Source of the DNA: Mobula hypostoma
Lineage: Eukaryota
Length of the DNA stretch: 64,000 nt
Reading direction: 5' to 3'
Assembly: GCF_963921235.1 (NCBI RefSeq)
Contig: NC_086108.1
Span: 53,508,001 to 53,572,000, forward strand
Shown here: positions 35,672-49,054 of the stretch, in pieces
Layout of the letters: every line of letters begins with the position of its first letter
Position numbering within the stretch: position 1 is the first letter of the stretch
The notes under the pieces: model-generated
Told to the model about the DNA's origin: nothing
Databases searched by the model: none
What the model saw: only the letters and a program-made list of their open reading frames with translations
Translations under genes and position numbers: made by a program

Positions 35672-37665
35672 AAGTTGGAGGCTACCTAGATGGAATATGA
35701 GATGTTGCTTCTCCAATCTGTGACTGGCCTTATTGCAGCAGAAGAGGAGGTGAAGGACATGTCAGAACTTGAATGGGGATAGGGATTAAAATGGTTGGCC
35801 TCCAGGAAATGCCGCTTTTTGTGGATGGAATGGAGGTAGTCAACAAAGCAGTGTCTCAGTTTATGTTGGGTCTCACCAAAATAGAGAAGGCCACCTCGGG
35901 AGCACCAGATACAACCAACAACTCCAACAAATTCACAGGTGAAGTGTTACCTCAATAGCAAGCACTGTTTGGGGCCCTGAATAAGGGATGAGGTGAATGG
36001 GCAGGTTCAGTACTTCTGTGGCTTGCAGGGATAAGTGCCAGGAGGGAGATTAGTGGGGAGTGCAGAATGGAAAAGGGAATCACGGAAGGGGTGATACCTG
36101 CAGAATGCAGTGAGTGAAGAGGTGATAGGTAAAGTCGTGTCTGATGGTAGGGTCTTGTTGAAGATGGTGGAAATTGTGCAGAATGATGTGTAAGATGTGG
36201 AGGCCAATCATTGTTAAGGCAGCAGGAAGATGGGGTGAGCACAGATGCCCAAGAAATGTGGGAGATGTGGGTGAGGGCAGCATCAATGGTGGAAGAAGGG
36301 AAACCCCTTTCTTTGAAGAAGGAGTCTGTCTCCAGAGATGGGAAAGAGAGACTGAGAAAAGGAAAGAAGTGTCAGAAATGGAACAAGTGAATTTAAGGGC
36401 AGGGTGGAAGTTAGAGGCAAAGTTGAAGAAATTGACGAGCTCAGCATGGGTGCATGAAGCAGCATCAAGACAGTCGTCCATGTAGTGCAGAAAGAGTTAG
36501 GGGAGCATTACAAGTGGACAAGGCTTGGAGCATGGACCGTTCCACGGAGGTGATGGAAAGGGCGGGCATAACTGGGACCCATGGCTGCACCTTGAGATTG
36601 GAGAATGAGGGAGAACCCAAAAGAGAAATTGTTGAGGATGAGGACCAGTTCTACCAGAGAGAGGAGGGTGGTGGTGCAGGGGAACTGGTTAGGTCTATTG
36701 TTGAAAAAGAAGCAGAGCACTTTAAGGCCTTCTTGATGTGGGGGGGGGGGTGTAGAAGTGTATAGAGACTGGACTTCCATGGTGAAAATGAGGCAATTAG
36801 GGCTAGGAAATGCAAAGTTTTTTTAAGGAGATCAGGAGCATGTGAAATGTCGCTGATATAGGTGGGAAGGGAGTTGAGGTATGCGGACACAATTTCAGAG
36901 AGCCTGAGCAGGCAAAGACAATGGACCTACGCAGACTATCAGGTTTGTAGATCTTAGGTAGGAGGTAGAAATGAGCAGTGCAAGGTAAGGGATCTGTGTG
37001 GTTAGTGGCAGTAGATTAGAGATCTCCAGAGTTGATGAGGTAGGTAATTGTGCAGGAGATGATGGCTTGATGGTCTCGAGTGGGGTCCTTTTCAAGGAGT
37101 GAGTAAGAGGAGTGTCTGAGAGTTGCCGCCTGCCCTCAGAGGTCAGCCCGCTACATTACAATAGCACCCCCTTTGTCTGAGGGTTTGATAGTGAGGTTGG
37201 GAATGCCGTGCTGAGCACCCAGGACATCTTCAAGGAGCAGTGTCTCAGAAAGGCAGCCTCTAAAATTAAGGACCTCCAGCACCCAGGGCATGCCCTTTTC
37301 TCACTGTTACCATCAGGTAGGAGGTACAGAAGCCTGAAGGCACACACTCAACGATTCAGGAACAGATTCTTCCCCTCTGCCATCCGATTCCTAAATGGAC
37401 ATTGAACCTGTGAACACTACCTCACTTTTTTAATATATATTTTTTGCATGATTTGTAATCTATTCAATATGTATACTGTAATTGATTTACTTATTTATTT
37501 CAGTTATTTTTTCTTCTATATTATGTATTGCATTGAACTGCTGCTGCTAAGTTAACAAATTTCACGACACATGCTGGTGATAATAAAGCTGATTCTGAAT
37601 GGAGGGCAGTGCGTTCAGAGGAGGTCAGGTTCAAAGAGGGCAAAGAGTAGATTGGAGGGATTGGT
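35672..37665 (-). mobile_element. Older diverged PLE (RT + GIY-YIG remnants)
   Basis: MEVQSLYT (36508-36780); MDDCLDAASCTHAELVNF (36080-36481); KPSDKGGAIV near 37160; interrupted at 37206-37598. Confidence 0.85.
37206..37598 (+). mobile_element. Rex1-type LINE 3' end nested in PLE
   Basis: KDLQHPGHALFSLLPSGRRYRSLK (37208-37405); 3' UTR and gattct tail. Confidence 0.85.
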
Positions 37666-37780
37666 GTGGAGGACTATGCTCCAGGTGCAGTCAATGGGAC
37701 TAGGCAGAATAAGAGTTTGGTACAGATTAGATGGGCTAAAGGGCCTGTTTCTGCACTGTGGTGCTCTATGACTATTATGA
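37666..37780 (+). repeat. CR1 3' terminal fragment
   Basis: tgggactagg...gatgggctaaagggcctgtttctgcactgt..ctatgact. Confidence 0.7.
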
Positions 37781-37852
37781 TTCCACTGCTACATTATCAT
37801 CATGCTCGGTTTTCTGAATATCAGGGTATATTAGCCTCTATAATCTGTCTAT

Positions 37853-39625
37853 TTCAGAATCAGGTTTAATATCACTGGCATGTCATGAAATTTGTTGTTT
37901 TGCCGCAGCAGTACATAATAATATAAACTAGAAATTACAATACAAAGTAGATATAAAAAATGTTAAGCAATTAGCACAAAAAACAAAAAAATAAATACTG
38001 AGGTAGTGTTCATGGGTTCATTGTCCATTCAGAAATCTGACGGCGGAGAGGAAGAAACTATTCCTGAAACATTGAATGCATGTCTTCAGGCTCCTGTACC
38101 ACCTCCTTTATGGTGGCAATGATAAAAGGGCATGTCCTGGACGCTGAGAAGGCTAATGTCCATGGTGGAGCTTGGTAAGGTTACAAATCTCAGCAGCTTT
38201 GCCTGATCCTGTGGAGTAACCCCTCCATGCCAAATGGTGATATAACTGGTTACAATGCTCTCCACAGTACATCTGTAGAAATTTGCGAACGACTTTGGTG
38301 ACATACCAAATCTCCTCAAACTCCTAATAAAATAGAACTGCTGCCATGCCTTCTTTGTAATTGCATCAATATGTTGGGCCCAGGATAGATTCATAAAAGT
38401 TAAAGCTTCATTTATTATTATCAAAGCATGTATCCATATACAACTCTCTGAAATTTGTATTTCTCCAGATAGCCATGAAACAAAGAACAAGCAAGCCATT
38501 CAGAGAGAAACATCAAGCCCACTCTCCCTCTTGTACAAAACAAACCGGCATCCTGATCATCAACCTCCCCCCCAAAAAAAAACCCTGCTCCTTCCCCACA
38601 CAAAAGGAACAGAAACATTGACTCCCAGAAAAAGAACCCTCCCCTGCACAAAAAACTGGACAGTAACCCCAAAACACCTTCTCCTCGTAAAACAAAATGG
38701 AAAAGGAACAGGTGATAGAAAAACACAGAATATAAAAACCGTAAGTCAGAAAAAGTCCACAGTCCATAAACGCAGAACCACGGTACCATCCTACGATATC
38801 CCCGACATTCACTGAAAGAGCGTGACAGCGCGAGGCAGAGAGGCCTACCCGTCTGCCACCGCAAGCCACATAGCGAAAAGCCGCTCACAGACTGCTTCGC
38901 CGGCAGCGATCTCAAGGCAGGCAATCAGCACTAAAACTCTCCCTCAGTCTTCCTCAATGCTTTAATCAGTGATTAATGGTCGCCTTAAAGAGCAAAGTGG
39001 AATTGAACACTGGTTCACACCCTGTCTCGGAAGTTTCTTTACGTCGAGGTCGTCCGAGTACGCACTCACTTCCCAGAGTTTTCTTGGGGCCAGCAAAGCA
39101 CTGGATCACTCAAATGATCTCCAAGCTGTAAATTGGAGGCTCTAACAGTCCAAGAAACACATCGAAGGTGAAAAGCAGATGTAAAAGACGTAAAAAAAAA
39201 AGCTATTTCCATGAACTGTATATGGAAGATGTCGACCGCGGGAGCGTTTCGTGTGGGTGCCATCTTGACCCATGCACAGATCCTCAGAGACGTTGATACC
39301 CAGAAAGATGACCTACTTACCCTTCCCACTTCTGATCCCTCGATGAGGACTGGTGTGCGTTCCCGCAATTTACTCTTCCTTAAGTCCACAATCAATACTT
39401 TGGTCTTACCGACGCTGAGTGAAAGGTCATTGCTGTGACACCACTTAATCAGTTGATCTATCTCGCTCCAAACTGGTACTACGCCTCCTTGTCGCCATCT
39501 GAAACTCTGCCAACAATAGCTGTGTCGTCAGCGAATTTATAGACAGTGTTTGGGCTGTGTTTAGCCACATATTAGTGGGTGTAGAGAGGGTAGAGCAGTG
39601 GGCTAAGCACGTGTCCTTGAGATGC
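37853..39625 (-). mobile_element. Rex1-type LINE 3' part, split by a non-coding insert
   Basis: FADDTAIVG near 39530, LIVDLRK (39066-39395), LSWAQHIDAITKK (38086-38499), ctgattctga tail. Confidence 0.85.
38391..39270 (-). mobile_element. Non-coding, non-autonomous LINE-like element (~880 bp)
   Basis: Interrupts Rex1 between gaggat and ctatcctggg; starts caagatggcacc; T/G-rich body; ends aataaatgaagctttaactttt. Confidence 0.6.
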
Positions 39626-40564
39626 TGCAGGGTTGATTGTTATTTCCTTCATATCGATCTTACTTACAAAGATGTCTTTTGCTTTTCATTCTCCTGTATT
39701 GTTTCTATGCAAGTCTTCCTTTATTGTGTTGACATTTTTAACCATTTTAATTACAAATTTTTATCTTCCTCCAAAGCCAGGTTGATGTACACTTTTCAAC
39801 AATTGAAGGTAAGTTACCAATAATATAAAAGAGCATACCAAAGTTTTTTTTCAGATATATAAAGAGTAAAAGAGAGGCGAGAGTGGATACTGGACTGCTG
39901 GAAAATGATGCTGGAGAAGTAGTAATGAGGGACAAAAAAATGGCGGATGAACTTAATAAATATTTTGGGTCAGTCTTTACTGTGGAAGACACTAGCAGTA
40001 TGTCAGAAATTCGAGAGGTATTAGGGGACAGAAGTGAGAGTAATGGCTATTACTAAGGAGAAGATGCTTTGAAACCGAAAGTTCTGAAGGTAGGTAAGTC
40101 AGCTGGACCAGATTGACTACACCCCAGGGTTCTGAAAGAGGTAGCTGAAGAGACTGCGGATCAGTCAATAGTCACCAGATTTTGGAATAGTTCTGGAGGA
40201 CTGGAAGATTGAAAATGTCACTCCACTCTTTAAGAAGAGAAGGAGGCAGAAAAAGGAAATTATACGCCAGTTAGCCTGACTTTTTTGTGGTTGGAGTCTA
40301 TTATTAAGGATGAGGGTTTGGGGTACTTGGAGGCACATGATAAAATAGTCCAAAGTCTGACAAATCTGTTATATTTCTTTGAGGAAATAGCAAGCAGGAT
40401 AGACAAATAAGAGGCAGTGGATGTTGTGCCCTTGGAATTTCAGAAGGCCTTTGTCAAGGTGTCATAGTCACACATGGGACTGCTTAACAAGATAAGAGCC
40501 TATTGTATTACAGGAAAGATTGGCTGACTGGCAGGAGGGAAAGAGCGGGAATAAAGGGAGCCAT

Positions 40565-42721
40565 AATAACAGGAATTTTGCAGATGCTGGAAATTCAAGC
40601 AACACACATAAAAGTTGCTGGTGAACGCAGCAGGCCAGGCAGCATCTCTAGGAAGAGGTGCAGTCGACGTTTCAGGCCGAGACCCTTCGTCAGGACTAAC
40701 TGAAGGAAGAGTGAGTAAGGGATTTGAAAGTTGGAGGGGGAGGGGGAGATCCAAAATGATAGGAGAAGACAGGAGGGGGAGGGATGGAGCCGAGCTGGAC
40801 AGGTGATAGGGAAAGGGGATATGAGAGGATCATGGGACAGGAGGCCCGGGGAGAAAGACAAGGGGGGACAAGGGGTATAGTCAGAGGGACAGAGGGAGAA
40901 AAAGGAGAGAGAGAGAAAGAATGTGTGTATAAAAATAAATAACAGATGGGGTACCAGGGGGAGGTGGGGCATTAGCGGAAGTTAGAGAAGTCAATGTTCA
41001 TGCCATCAAGTTGGAGTCTACCCAGACGGAATATAAGGTGTTGTTCCTCCAACCTGAGTGTGGCTTCATCTTTACAGTAGGGGAGGCCGTGGATAGACAA
41101 GTCAGAATGGGAATGGGATGTGGAATTAAAATATGTGGCCACTGGGAGATCCTGCTTTCTCTGGCGGACAGAGCATAGGTGTTCAGCAAAGCGGTCTCCC
41201 AGTCTGCGTCGGGTCTCGCCAATATATAGAAGGCCACATCGGGAGCACTGGACGCAGTATATCACCCCAGCTGACTCACAGGTGAAGTGTCGCCTCACCT
41301 GGAAGGACTGTCTGGGGCCCTGAATGGTGGTAAGGGAGGAAGTGTAAGGGCACTTATTCCACTTACAAGGATAAGTGCCAGGAGGGAGATCAGTGGGGAG
41401 GGATGGGGGGGACGAAAGGACAAGGGAGTCACGTAGGGAGCAATCCCTGCGGGAAGCGGGAGGGGGGGAGGGAAAGATGTGCTTAGTGGTTGATCCCGTT
41501 GGAGGTGGCGGAAGTTACGGAGAATAATATGTTGGACCCGGAGGCTGGTGGGGTGGCAGGTGAGGACCAGGGGAACGCTATTCCTAGTGGGGTGGCGGGA
41601 GGATGGAGTGAGAGCAGATGTGCGTGAAATGGGGGAGATGCGTTTGAGAGCAGAGTTGATGGTGGAGGAAGGGAAGCCCCTTTCTTTAAAAAAGGAAGAC
41701 ATCTCCCTCGTCCGAGAATGAAAAGTCTCATCCTGAGAGCAGATGTGGCAGAGGCGGAGGAATTGCGAGAAGGGGATGGCAGTTTTGCAAGAGACAGGAT
41801 GAGAAGAGGAATAGTCCAGATAGCTGTGAGAGTCAGTAGGCTTATAGTAGACATCAGTGGATAAGCTGTCTCCAGAGATAGAGACAGAAAGATCTAGAAA
41901 GGGGAGGGAGGTGTCGGAAATGGACCAGGTAAACTTGAGGGCAGGGTGAAAGTTGGAGGCAAAGTTAATAAAGTCAACGAGCTCAGCATGTGTACAGGAA
42001 GCAGCGCCAATGCAGTCATTGATGTAGCGAAGGAAAAGCGGGGGACAGATACCAGAATAGGCACGGAACATAGATTGTTCCACAAAGCCAACAAAGGGGC
42101 AGGTATAGCTAGAACCCATACGGGTGCCCATAGCTACACCTTTAGTTTGGAGGAAGTGGGAGGAGCCAAAGGAGAAATTATTAAGAGTAAGGACTAATTC
42201 CTCTAGATGGAGCAGAGTGGTGGTAGAGGGGAACTGATTAGGTCTGGAATCCAAAAAGAAGTGGAGAGCTTTGAGACCTTCCTGATGGGGGATGGAAGTA
42301 TATAGGGACTGGACATCCATGGTGAAAGTAAAGCGGTGGGAGCCAGGGAACTTAAAATCATCGAGAAGTTTAAGAGCGTGAGAAGTGTCATGAACATAGG
42401 TAGGAAGGGATTGAACAAGGGGGGATAAAACCGCGTCGAGGTATGCAGAAATGAGTTCGGTGGAGCAGGAGCAAGCTGAGACAATAGGTCTGCCAGGACA
42501 GGCAGGTTTGTGGATCTTGGGCAGGAGGTAGAAGCGGGAAGTGCGAGGTGTGGGAACTATAAGGTTGGTAGCAGTGGATGGGGGATCCCCTGAGCGGATA
42601 AAGTCGGTGATGGTGTGGGAGACAATGGCCTGGTGTTCCTTAGTGGGGTCACGATCGAGGGGTAAATAAGAGGAGGTATCCGCAATTTGTCGCTGTACCT
42701 TGGCAAGGTAGAGGTCAGTAC
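40565..42721 (-). mobile_element. PLE (Neptune type), 5'-truncated
   Basis: RT ORF 41295-42320; GIY-YIG ORF 40972-41298; gccat duplicated at 40560-40564 and 42722-42726. Confidence 0.93.
40661..40702 (-). ncRNA. Minimal hammerhead ribozyme motif (PLE)
   Basis: Reverse complement cagttagtcCTGACGAagggtctcggcctGAAAcGTCgactg. Confidence 0.8.
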
Positions 42722-43279
42722 GCCATTTCTGGTTGGCTGCCAGTGACTAGAGGTATTTTGCAGGGTTCGGTGTTGGGATCCTTTCTTTAAATATTATATG
42801 TCAATGTTCTGGATGGTGAAATTAATGGCTTTGTGGCCGAGTTTGAAGATGATATAAGATAGATAGGCTGGCAGGTAGGGTGAGGAAGCAGGATGTCTGC
42901 AGAATAACAAAATCAGATTGGGAGAATGGGCAAAGAAGAGGTAGATGGAATATAGTGTAGAGAAGTGTGTGGTCATGCACTTTGGTAAAAAAAATAAAGG
43001 ACTATATTATTTCACAAGTTTGGAGAAAATTCAAAAAAAAAATCAAAGATGCAAAGGGACTTGGGAGTCCTCATGCAGAATTCCCTAAAGTTTAACTTGC
43101 AGGTTGAGTCAGTGGTAAGGAAGGCAAATGCAATGTTAGCATTCATTTCAAGAGGACTAGAATATAAAACAAGGATGTAATGCTGAAGCGTTACAAGGCG
43201 TTGGTCAAACTGCACTTGGAGTATTGCAAGATGTGAGCAGAGATGCCTTGTAAAACAAAGGATGCCTCAGTTCACCATT

Positions 43280-43580
43280 GGGTGCCATGGTTGCCTGGTG
43301 GTTAGCATGATGCTAATACAGCTCAGGTGTTCTGGAGTTTGGAGTTCAATTCTAGCGCCTTTCTGTACGTCCTCCCGGTGGAATGTGTGGGTTTTCCCCG
43401 GGTGCTCCAGTGTCCTTCACACTCCAAAGATGTACTGGGTAGTTTAATTGGTCATTGTAAATTGCCCCATGATTAGCTTAGGGTTAAATGCGTTTGTCAG
43501 GGGTTACTGGGGTGACATGGTCCGAACGGCTGGAAGGGCTCCTCTGTGTTGCCTTGCCAAAATAAAAATAATAAATAAAT
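43280..43580 (+). mobile_element. tRNA-derived V-SINE (HE1-like)
   Basis: A box tggttgcctggtggttagc, B box ggagttcaattc, V-domain gggttttccccgggtgctcc..ctccaaagatgtac..taattggtcattgtaaattg, (aaat)n tail. Confidence 0.8.
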
Positions 43581-46500
43581 GTATACCTCTTAGCTTTGTT
43601 AAGGAATTGTAATGGTCATTCCATATATTTGCCATTAGATGGCACCAAAGACCTGTCCCCTGAAACATGACTCATAATTTGCAGTTATTTTAATGATTTT
43701 AATTTACTTTAATCCCAAGTAAATTTCTCTGAAGGCAAACATGCAGAGAAAAAGAATGCTAAATGATCACATTCTTCCGTAAATGCTGCCTGACTTGCTG
43801 AGATCCTCCAGTGTGTTGCTCATTCTCTTTAGATAAATCGAGTTTGTGTGATGTAAATTGCTGTGTAAGGAACAATTTGAATAAGAGTACAAGATAAGGA
43901 AAGTACAGCTTTGATTTGTGAGCCAAAGCAAGTTTTGTTGGTTTGATGAAGCCCTGGTTTATACTTCCTCTAGCATATTAAATTTCTCTGTTCTACAAAA
44001 ATTCAAAAAAAAGCAAACAAAAAAAAATCCCCTAGAGGTCAACCCAGTTCTTGCTTATTATTGATTTAGAAAGCATTCACGTTAGTACAAATCTAGCTTT
44101 AATATCAAAGGTTAGCTAGGATATTAGTGAAACAATGGAGATGATATTCCTGTATTGGTCACATACTCTATGTCAATGTTGGAACATTTTTGACTTAAGA
44201 ACTGCAGTTTAATAATTTGGGTTTTTAAGGTCCTTGCTTTTGGCAAACAATAATTTACATGAAAGAGGCTGAGAGTGTACTTCATCACACCAGTGTATCA
44301 AGTGAGAATTTGCATTCAGTATTGAATGTAAATTTTTTTTGCTCAACCCAGTAAAAGTCACTATCCAATTATTTGGGAATCCTGATGGTTCAGCATCTGG
44401 CTCTCCGGGTGCCGACTCCCACACTCCCTTTGACAAACCATGCCCCTGATTCCCACGCTCCCCTTAAACTCACCTGCTTCTATTTCCTAGAAATCACTGC
44501 AGGCTCCATTCCCACACTCCCTTTACACATAGTTTGGCCCTGTACTTTGTGCCCCTTTGAAATTCATCACTCTATTTCCCAGGGTCCATTCAGACTCACA
44601 GGGTTCACTGGAATTTTTATGCTATTTTGTAACATCAGCAACAAAATGAATTAGTGTATTAGAATGTTAATTAGAATAATAATGAGTTTCCAGCCCTGCA
44701 ACTCCAAAGTCATGAGTATGGGGATGATGACATCAATCCTTGTGTGACACTGATTTCACACGTCCCATATGATCCCTTCTTCCATAATCCCTTCCTCATC
44801 TCCTCTTTGAAGGAAGATCCCTGATGTCCTTCAGAATGGAATCAGGATCTTTTATGGCAGCATTGTATAAATTGTTGGAGAAGTTGAAAGCTACTGTATG
44901 CATAAGTAGAATAATTTTTTTAAAAGCTTGTGATTTCTTGAGCCTTTTCAATCAATAAGATCATAGTTGATCTGATCTTGTCCTCAGATGTTTCCTGCTC
45001 AATTCCATAGCACTTATCTTCACAAAGAGGAAAAATATATCTATCAATTATTCATATATTTATTGACTCCTTCTTCACGGCTCTCTGATAGAGTTTCAAA
45101 GATTCAAAACTGGAGAGAAATCTCTTCTTTATCTCTGTCTTAAATGCCAACAACTATGTGTATAAACAATTTGTGTTGCAAAATAAAGTGTGGAATATGT
45201 TTACAGCAGAAGCCTTGCAACAGTGTAGCATGCAATGGAGACTTGCACACTCTTTAGTATTGCTGATGAAATCATTCTTGCCTCCCCTCTGAAATATTGC
45301 TGCATGTCCACTTTCAGACCAAGCATGTAGTGAGATTTGAAGTATGTGGCAGCTAGATCTGCTATTGGAGCCTTCCCAAACCCTTCATCGGAGTATCATG
45401 GAATACTTTCATTTGCCGAGATGGACAGATCTACGACAGCACTCAGAGTTCTCTGGTGAGTGAAGGAGTCTATCTGATCATCATTTTATTCATTTTTCCC
45501 ATTGGAACTTTCCCTATCCTACTTCACATTACTATCCAAACCTAATCTAGCATCCTTCACATGTAAAATCCCCTGAGCATAAGCTAGACTCTGTGAAACA
45601 GCAATCACCACATCCCATTGTTCTTGCAAAGAACTCATTCCATCACTGCAGCCACAATTCTATTTATTTGTTTGTTTGTTGATTTATTTAACTCCTGTAA
45701 AACTGCTAAGCTGCTTTCGTCAACACTTTACTTTTAGTTTGTGGAATAAAAGAACCAATGGATTGGTTATGGGTATTATGGAAAAAAAATCAATGAACAG
45801 TATTGAAGAGTACAGGTAGAGCCAGTAACTTCACATGTTAATCCTCTCATAGAACATCCCCTGTTAGAACGTGCCAGTATGACCAAAAGGAGTCATTTTT
45901 ATACTTACTGCAAATCCTTTCTTTCAATCACTCATTTATTACTAATCGACAGTGACATTCCAGCTGGCTCAAACACAAGCTGGAGATTGCTTGTAGTTGG
46001 TTGAGTTTTTGATTGACATTTGGTTGACATTGGACTAGGTTCCAGCTGCTGCTGCTGAGTGTACAACATTCATTTTCTTTTTAACAGCTTCTTGCATCTC
46101 ACCTTGCACCACTTCCCAATTAACCTCACCCCAGTGCTTACTGATCTGCTTACTTCTGATTAAACAACGCAGTCTTAAATTTCTCATCCTTGCTTTCAAA
46201 TTCTTGAATGCACTTATCCTCTCCAGCTTCTAGCTCAATAATCTCCTCCAGGACCTCAATCCACCAAAATAGCCATACCTTTAAATTGTGATTATAATTA
46301 AGTATTGTTTTATTGTGCAGGGAGGGTGTGGATTGGATCAGTATTCTGGACTGTATTAACTGATCTTGGTTTGGATGACAATAATCGCTTGTGAGTGGTT
46401 GAATGGGAAAATCAATCAGAGTTGCTGCTTCTAGCAATTCCTTGCTGGAAATGCACGTGCCTGGATTTTACCAAGATCAAGAATGGATTTATGGGATGCA

Positions 46501-46671
46501 GTAATGTGATGTTCATTGTCAAAAAGTCCTCATACATCATGTTATCTCAGCTCAGACATGACCATTGCTCAGATGGAGCACTAGAGAATGCTGCTAACTT
46601 GATTCAACCTAGACTATACTCCAAAAAATGAGAAAAGTGTTGTCATTCATTGGTTTTTATGTAAAGTAATT

Positions 46672-46900
46672 TTTAAATTTATTTTATTGAGATGCAGCAC
46701 ATAATAGGGTCTTCTGGCTCTTCGAGCCACGCTGTCCAGCAGTCCTGATTTAATCCTAGCCTAACCATGAAACAATTTACAATGACCAATTAACCTACCA
46801 ATCAGTACGTCTTTGGACTGTGGGAGGAAACCGGAGCACCTGGAGGAAACCCACATGGTCACAAGGAGAATATACAAATTCCTTATAGACAGCAGTGGGA
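46672..46900 (-). mobile_element. V-SINE, partial
   Basis: Reverse complement gggtttcctccaggtgctccggtttcctcccacagtccaaagacgtac..ttaattggtcattgtaaattg. Confidence 0.8.
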
Positions 46901-47944
46901 ATATTGTTATGATGTCATTTTCCATGCCATGTTCCTTATTACAGTGGAAAATTAAACCCCCCTGCTCAAAATCTAGGCATTATTGGCAAAATATAAAGTA
47001 AAAACAGTGTGCATCATTGTTACTTCAAAATGTACACTAAAATTGCAGTTTCCATCTGACCTGAGAACTTTGTTGAATGCTGGTACAAATCTGAGGGCCA
47101 TTTCCTTTCTCCTTCCTCTCACTTCTTGTGTTCTTTTATGGGGAAATCCAGAATTTGGGTAAGTCTTGGTCTGCCCTTTCTTCAAAATGGGAATTTCTGG
47201 AGTAAATATAGGCAGTATTGCTATCCGCAGAGAAATTTCCACCTCCTTTGGCTCTATACAAAAGTGCCTTGCATTCTGTAGCCACATGTGCAGTCTACCA
47301 TGGCTATTCCAAGGCCAATAATCAATCAACTCTCTGCTTGGCATGCAATTTCAATAAAATAGGCATAGTTTCAAAATAAACTCTCTGTCTTTCATGGATC
47401 GGCTCATCCTGGGTGCTAGCAATACTTGGAAATTTCTGGTTCCCCCAGGGAACAGACTGAATGCGTTACTGTAAATGAGATAGATAGGAAAGAACCCACT
47501 TCATATGAAAGAATCTTCTCTGGTTTTAGGAAGAAGTCAAAGCTACATTTCCTATTGTGAAACATCCACTGTTCACCCAGTTTTAATCATCCATTCTGAA
47601 ATATTTGCGGTGTAACTTGTCCCATACATCTTATTACGCTTTAGGCATTTTTGTCATCTGTTGTTTGAACACTGTTTCCATAAGCAGGCTGAAGCTATGT
47701 ATTCCATTATATTTGGGTTAATCTGTTGCAGAGCTTATGATTAGCTCTGATCATGACAAACTGTTTAATGCTGCATGCCCTCTACATATTCTATAACTGT
47801 AGTTATCTAAATTATTACTGTATATCATGGGATTATTATACAGCTAAGGATACTGAGATACAGCAGTCTCTTCTAACTGCACAATCAATTCTGTGGCCAA
47901 CATTGTATTTTGTTGTTCCTCACCAGGCGGTCTACGTCTTCCTG

Positions 47945-48705
47945 ATGTTTAATGCGAATATGATGGCAGAATATAGTATTTATGGTAAGACTCGACAGTG
48001 TGGAGGATCAGAGGGATCTTGGGGTCCGAGTCCATAGGACGCTCAAAGCGGATGCGTAGGTTGACTCTGTGGTTAAGAAGGCATACGGTGTTTTGGCCTT
48101 CATCAATCGTGGAATTGAATTTAGGAGCCGAGAGGTAATGTTGCAGCTATATAGAACCCTGGTCAGTCCCCACTTGGAGTACTGTGCTCAGTTCTGGTCA
48201 CCTCACTGCAGGAAGAATGTGGAAGCCATAGAAAGGGTGCAGAGGAGATTTACAAGGATGTTGCCTGGATTGGGGAGCATGCCTTATGAGAATAGGTTGA
48301 GTGAACTTGGCCTTTTCTCCTTGGAGCGTCAGAGGATGAGAGGTGACCTGATAGGGGTGTATAAAATGATGAGAGGCATTGCTCGTGTGGATAGTCAGAG
48401 GCTTTTTCCCAGGGCTGAAATGGTTGCCACAAGAGGTCACAGGTTTAAAGTGCTGGGGAGTAGGTACAGAGGAGATGTCAAGGGTAAGTTTTTTACTCAG
48501 AGTGGTGAGTGTGTGGAATGGGCTGCCAGCAATGGTGGTGGAGGCGGATATGATAGGGTCTTTTAAGAGACTTTTAGATGGGTACATGGAGCTTAGTGAA
48601 ATAGAGGGCTATAGGTAAGCCTAGTAATTTCTAAGGTAGGGACATGTTCAGCACAACTCCATGGGCCGAAGGGCCTGTACTGTGCTGTAGGTTTTCTGTT
48701 TCTAT
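47945..48705 (+). mobile_element. CR1 LINE 3' fragment
   Basis: VKKAYGVLAFI..PHLEYCAQFWSP..RVQRRFTRM (48069-48566); gggccgaagggcctgt 3' UTR. Confidence 0.92.
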
Positions 48706-49054
48706 CACAGGTTCATGCTGGCACAGTTGTAAAGGGAGTGCAGGAACAAAGGACCATGATGTATATTAGGATAAATCCTTGAAAGTGTCATGACTATGTT
48801 TAAAGAGTGGTTAATAAAACATTTAGGATCCTAGGGCTCATGGAATATTTATAAGATACTTTAATAGATCAAGATGTTGAGGAACCATCTCAGGAAAATG
48901 CTGTTTTCACATCTTACTTTGTCCAATGGAAAAGGGTTCATTAATAATTTTATTGCCAAGAGGAAGAGTGACCACAATGTGAAAGGATATAACAATGAAT
49001 TTGAAAATGATATAGTTCATTGTAGAGAATTCAATCTAAATTGAGTGTACAATC

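Larger units (their letters stand above)
39785..43230 (+). mobile_element. CR1 ORF2 fragment, degenerate, split by PLE
   Basis: ATGGCGGATGAACTTAAT..aatgtcactccactctttaag; reads gggagccat|ttctggttggctgcc across the PLE. Confidence 0.85.

Noticed and set aside
43280..43350. tRNA gene
   Set aside because: A and B boxes belong to a V-SINE head and no cloverleaf is evident
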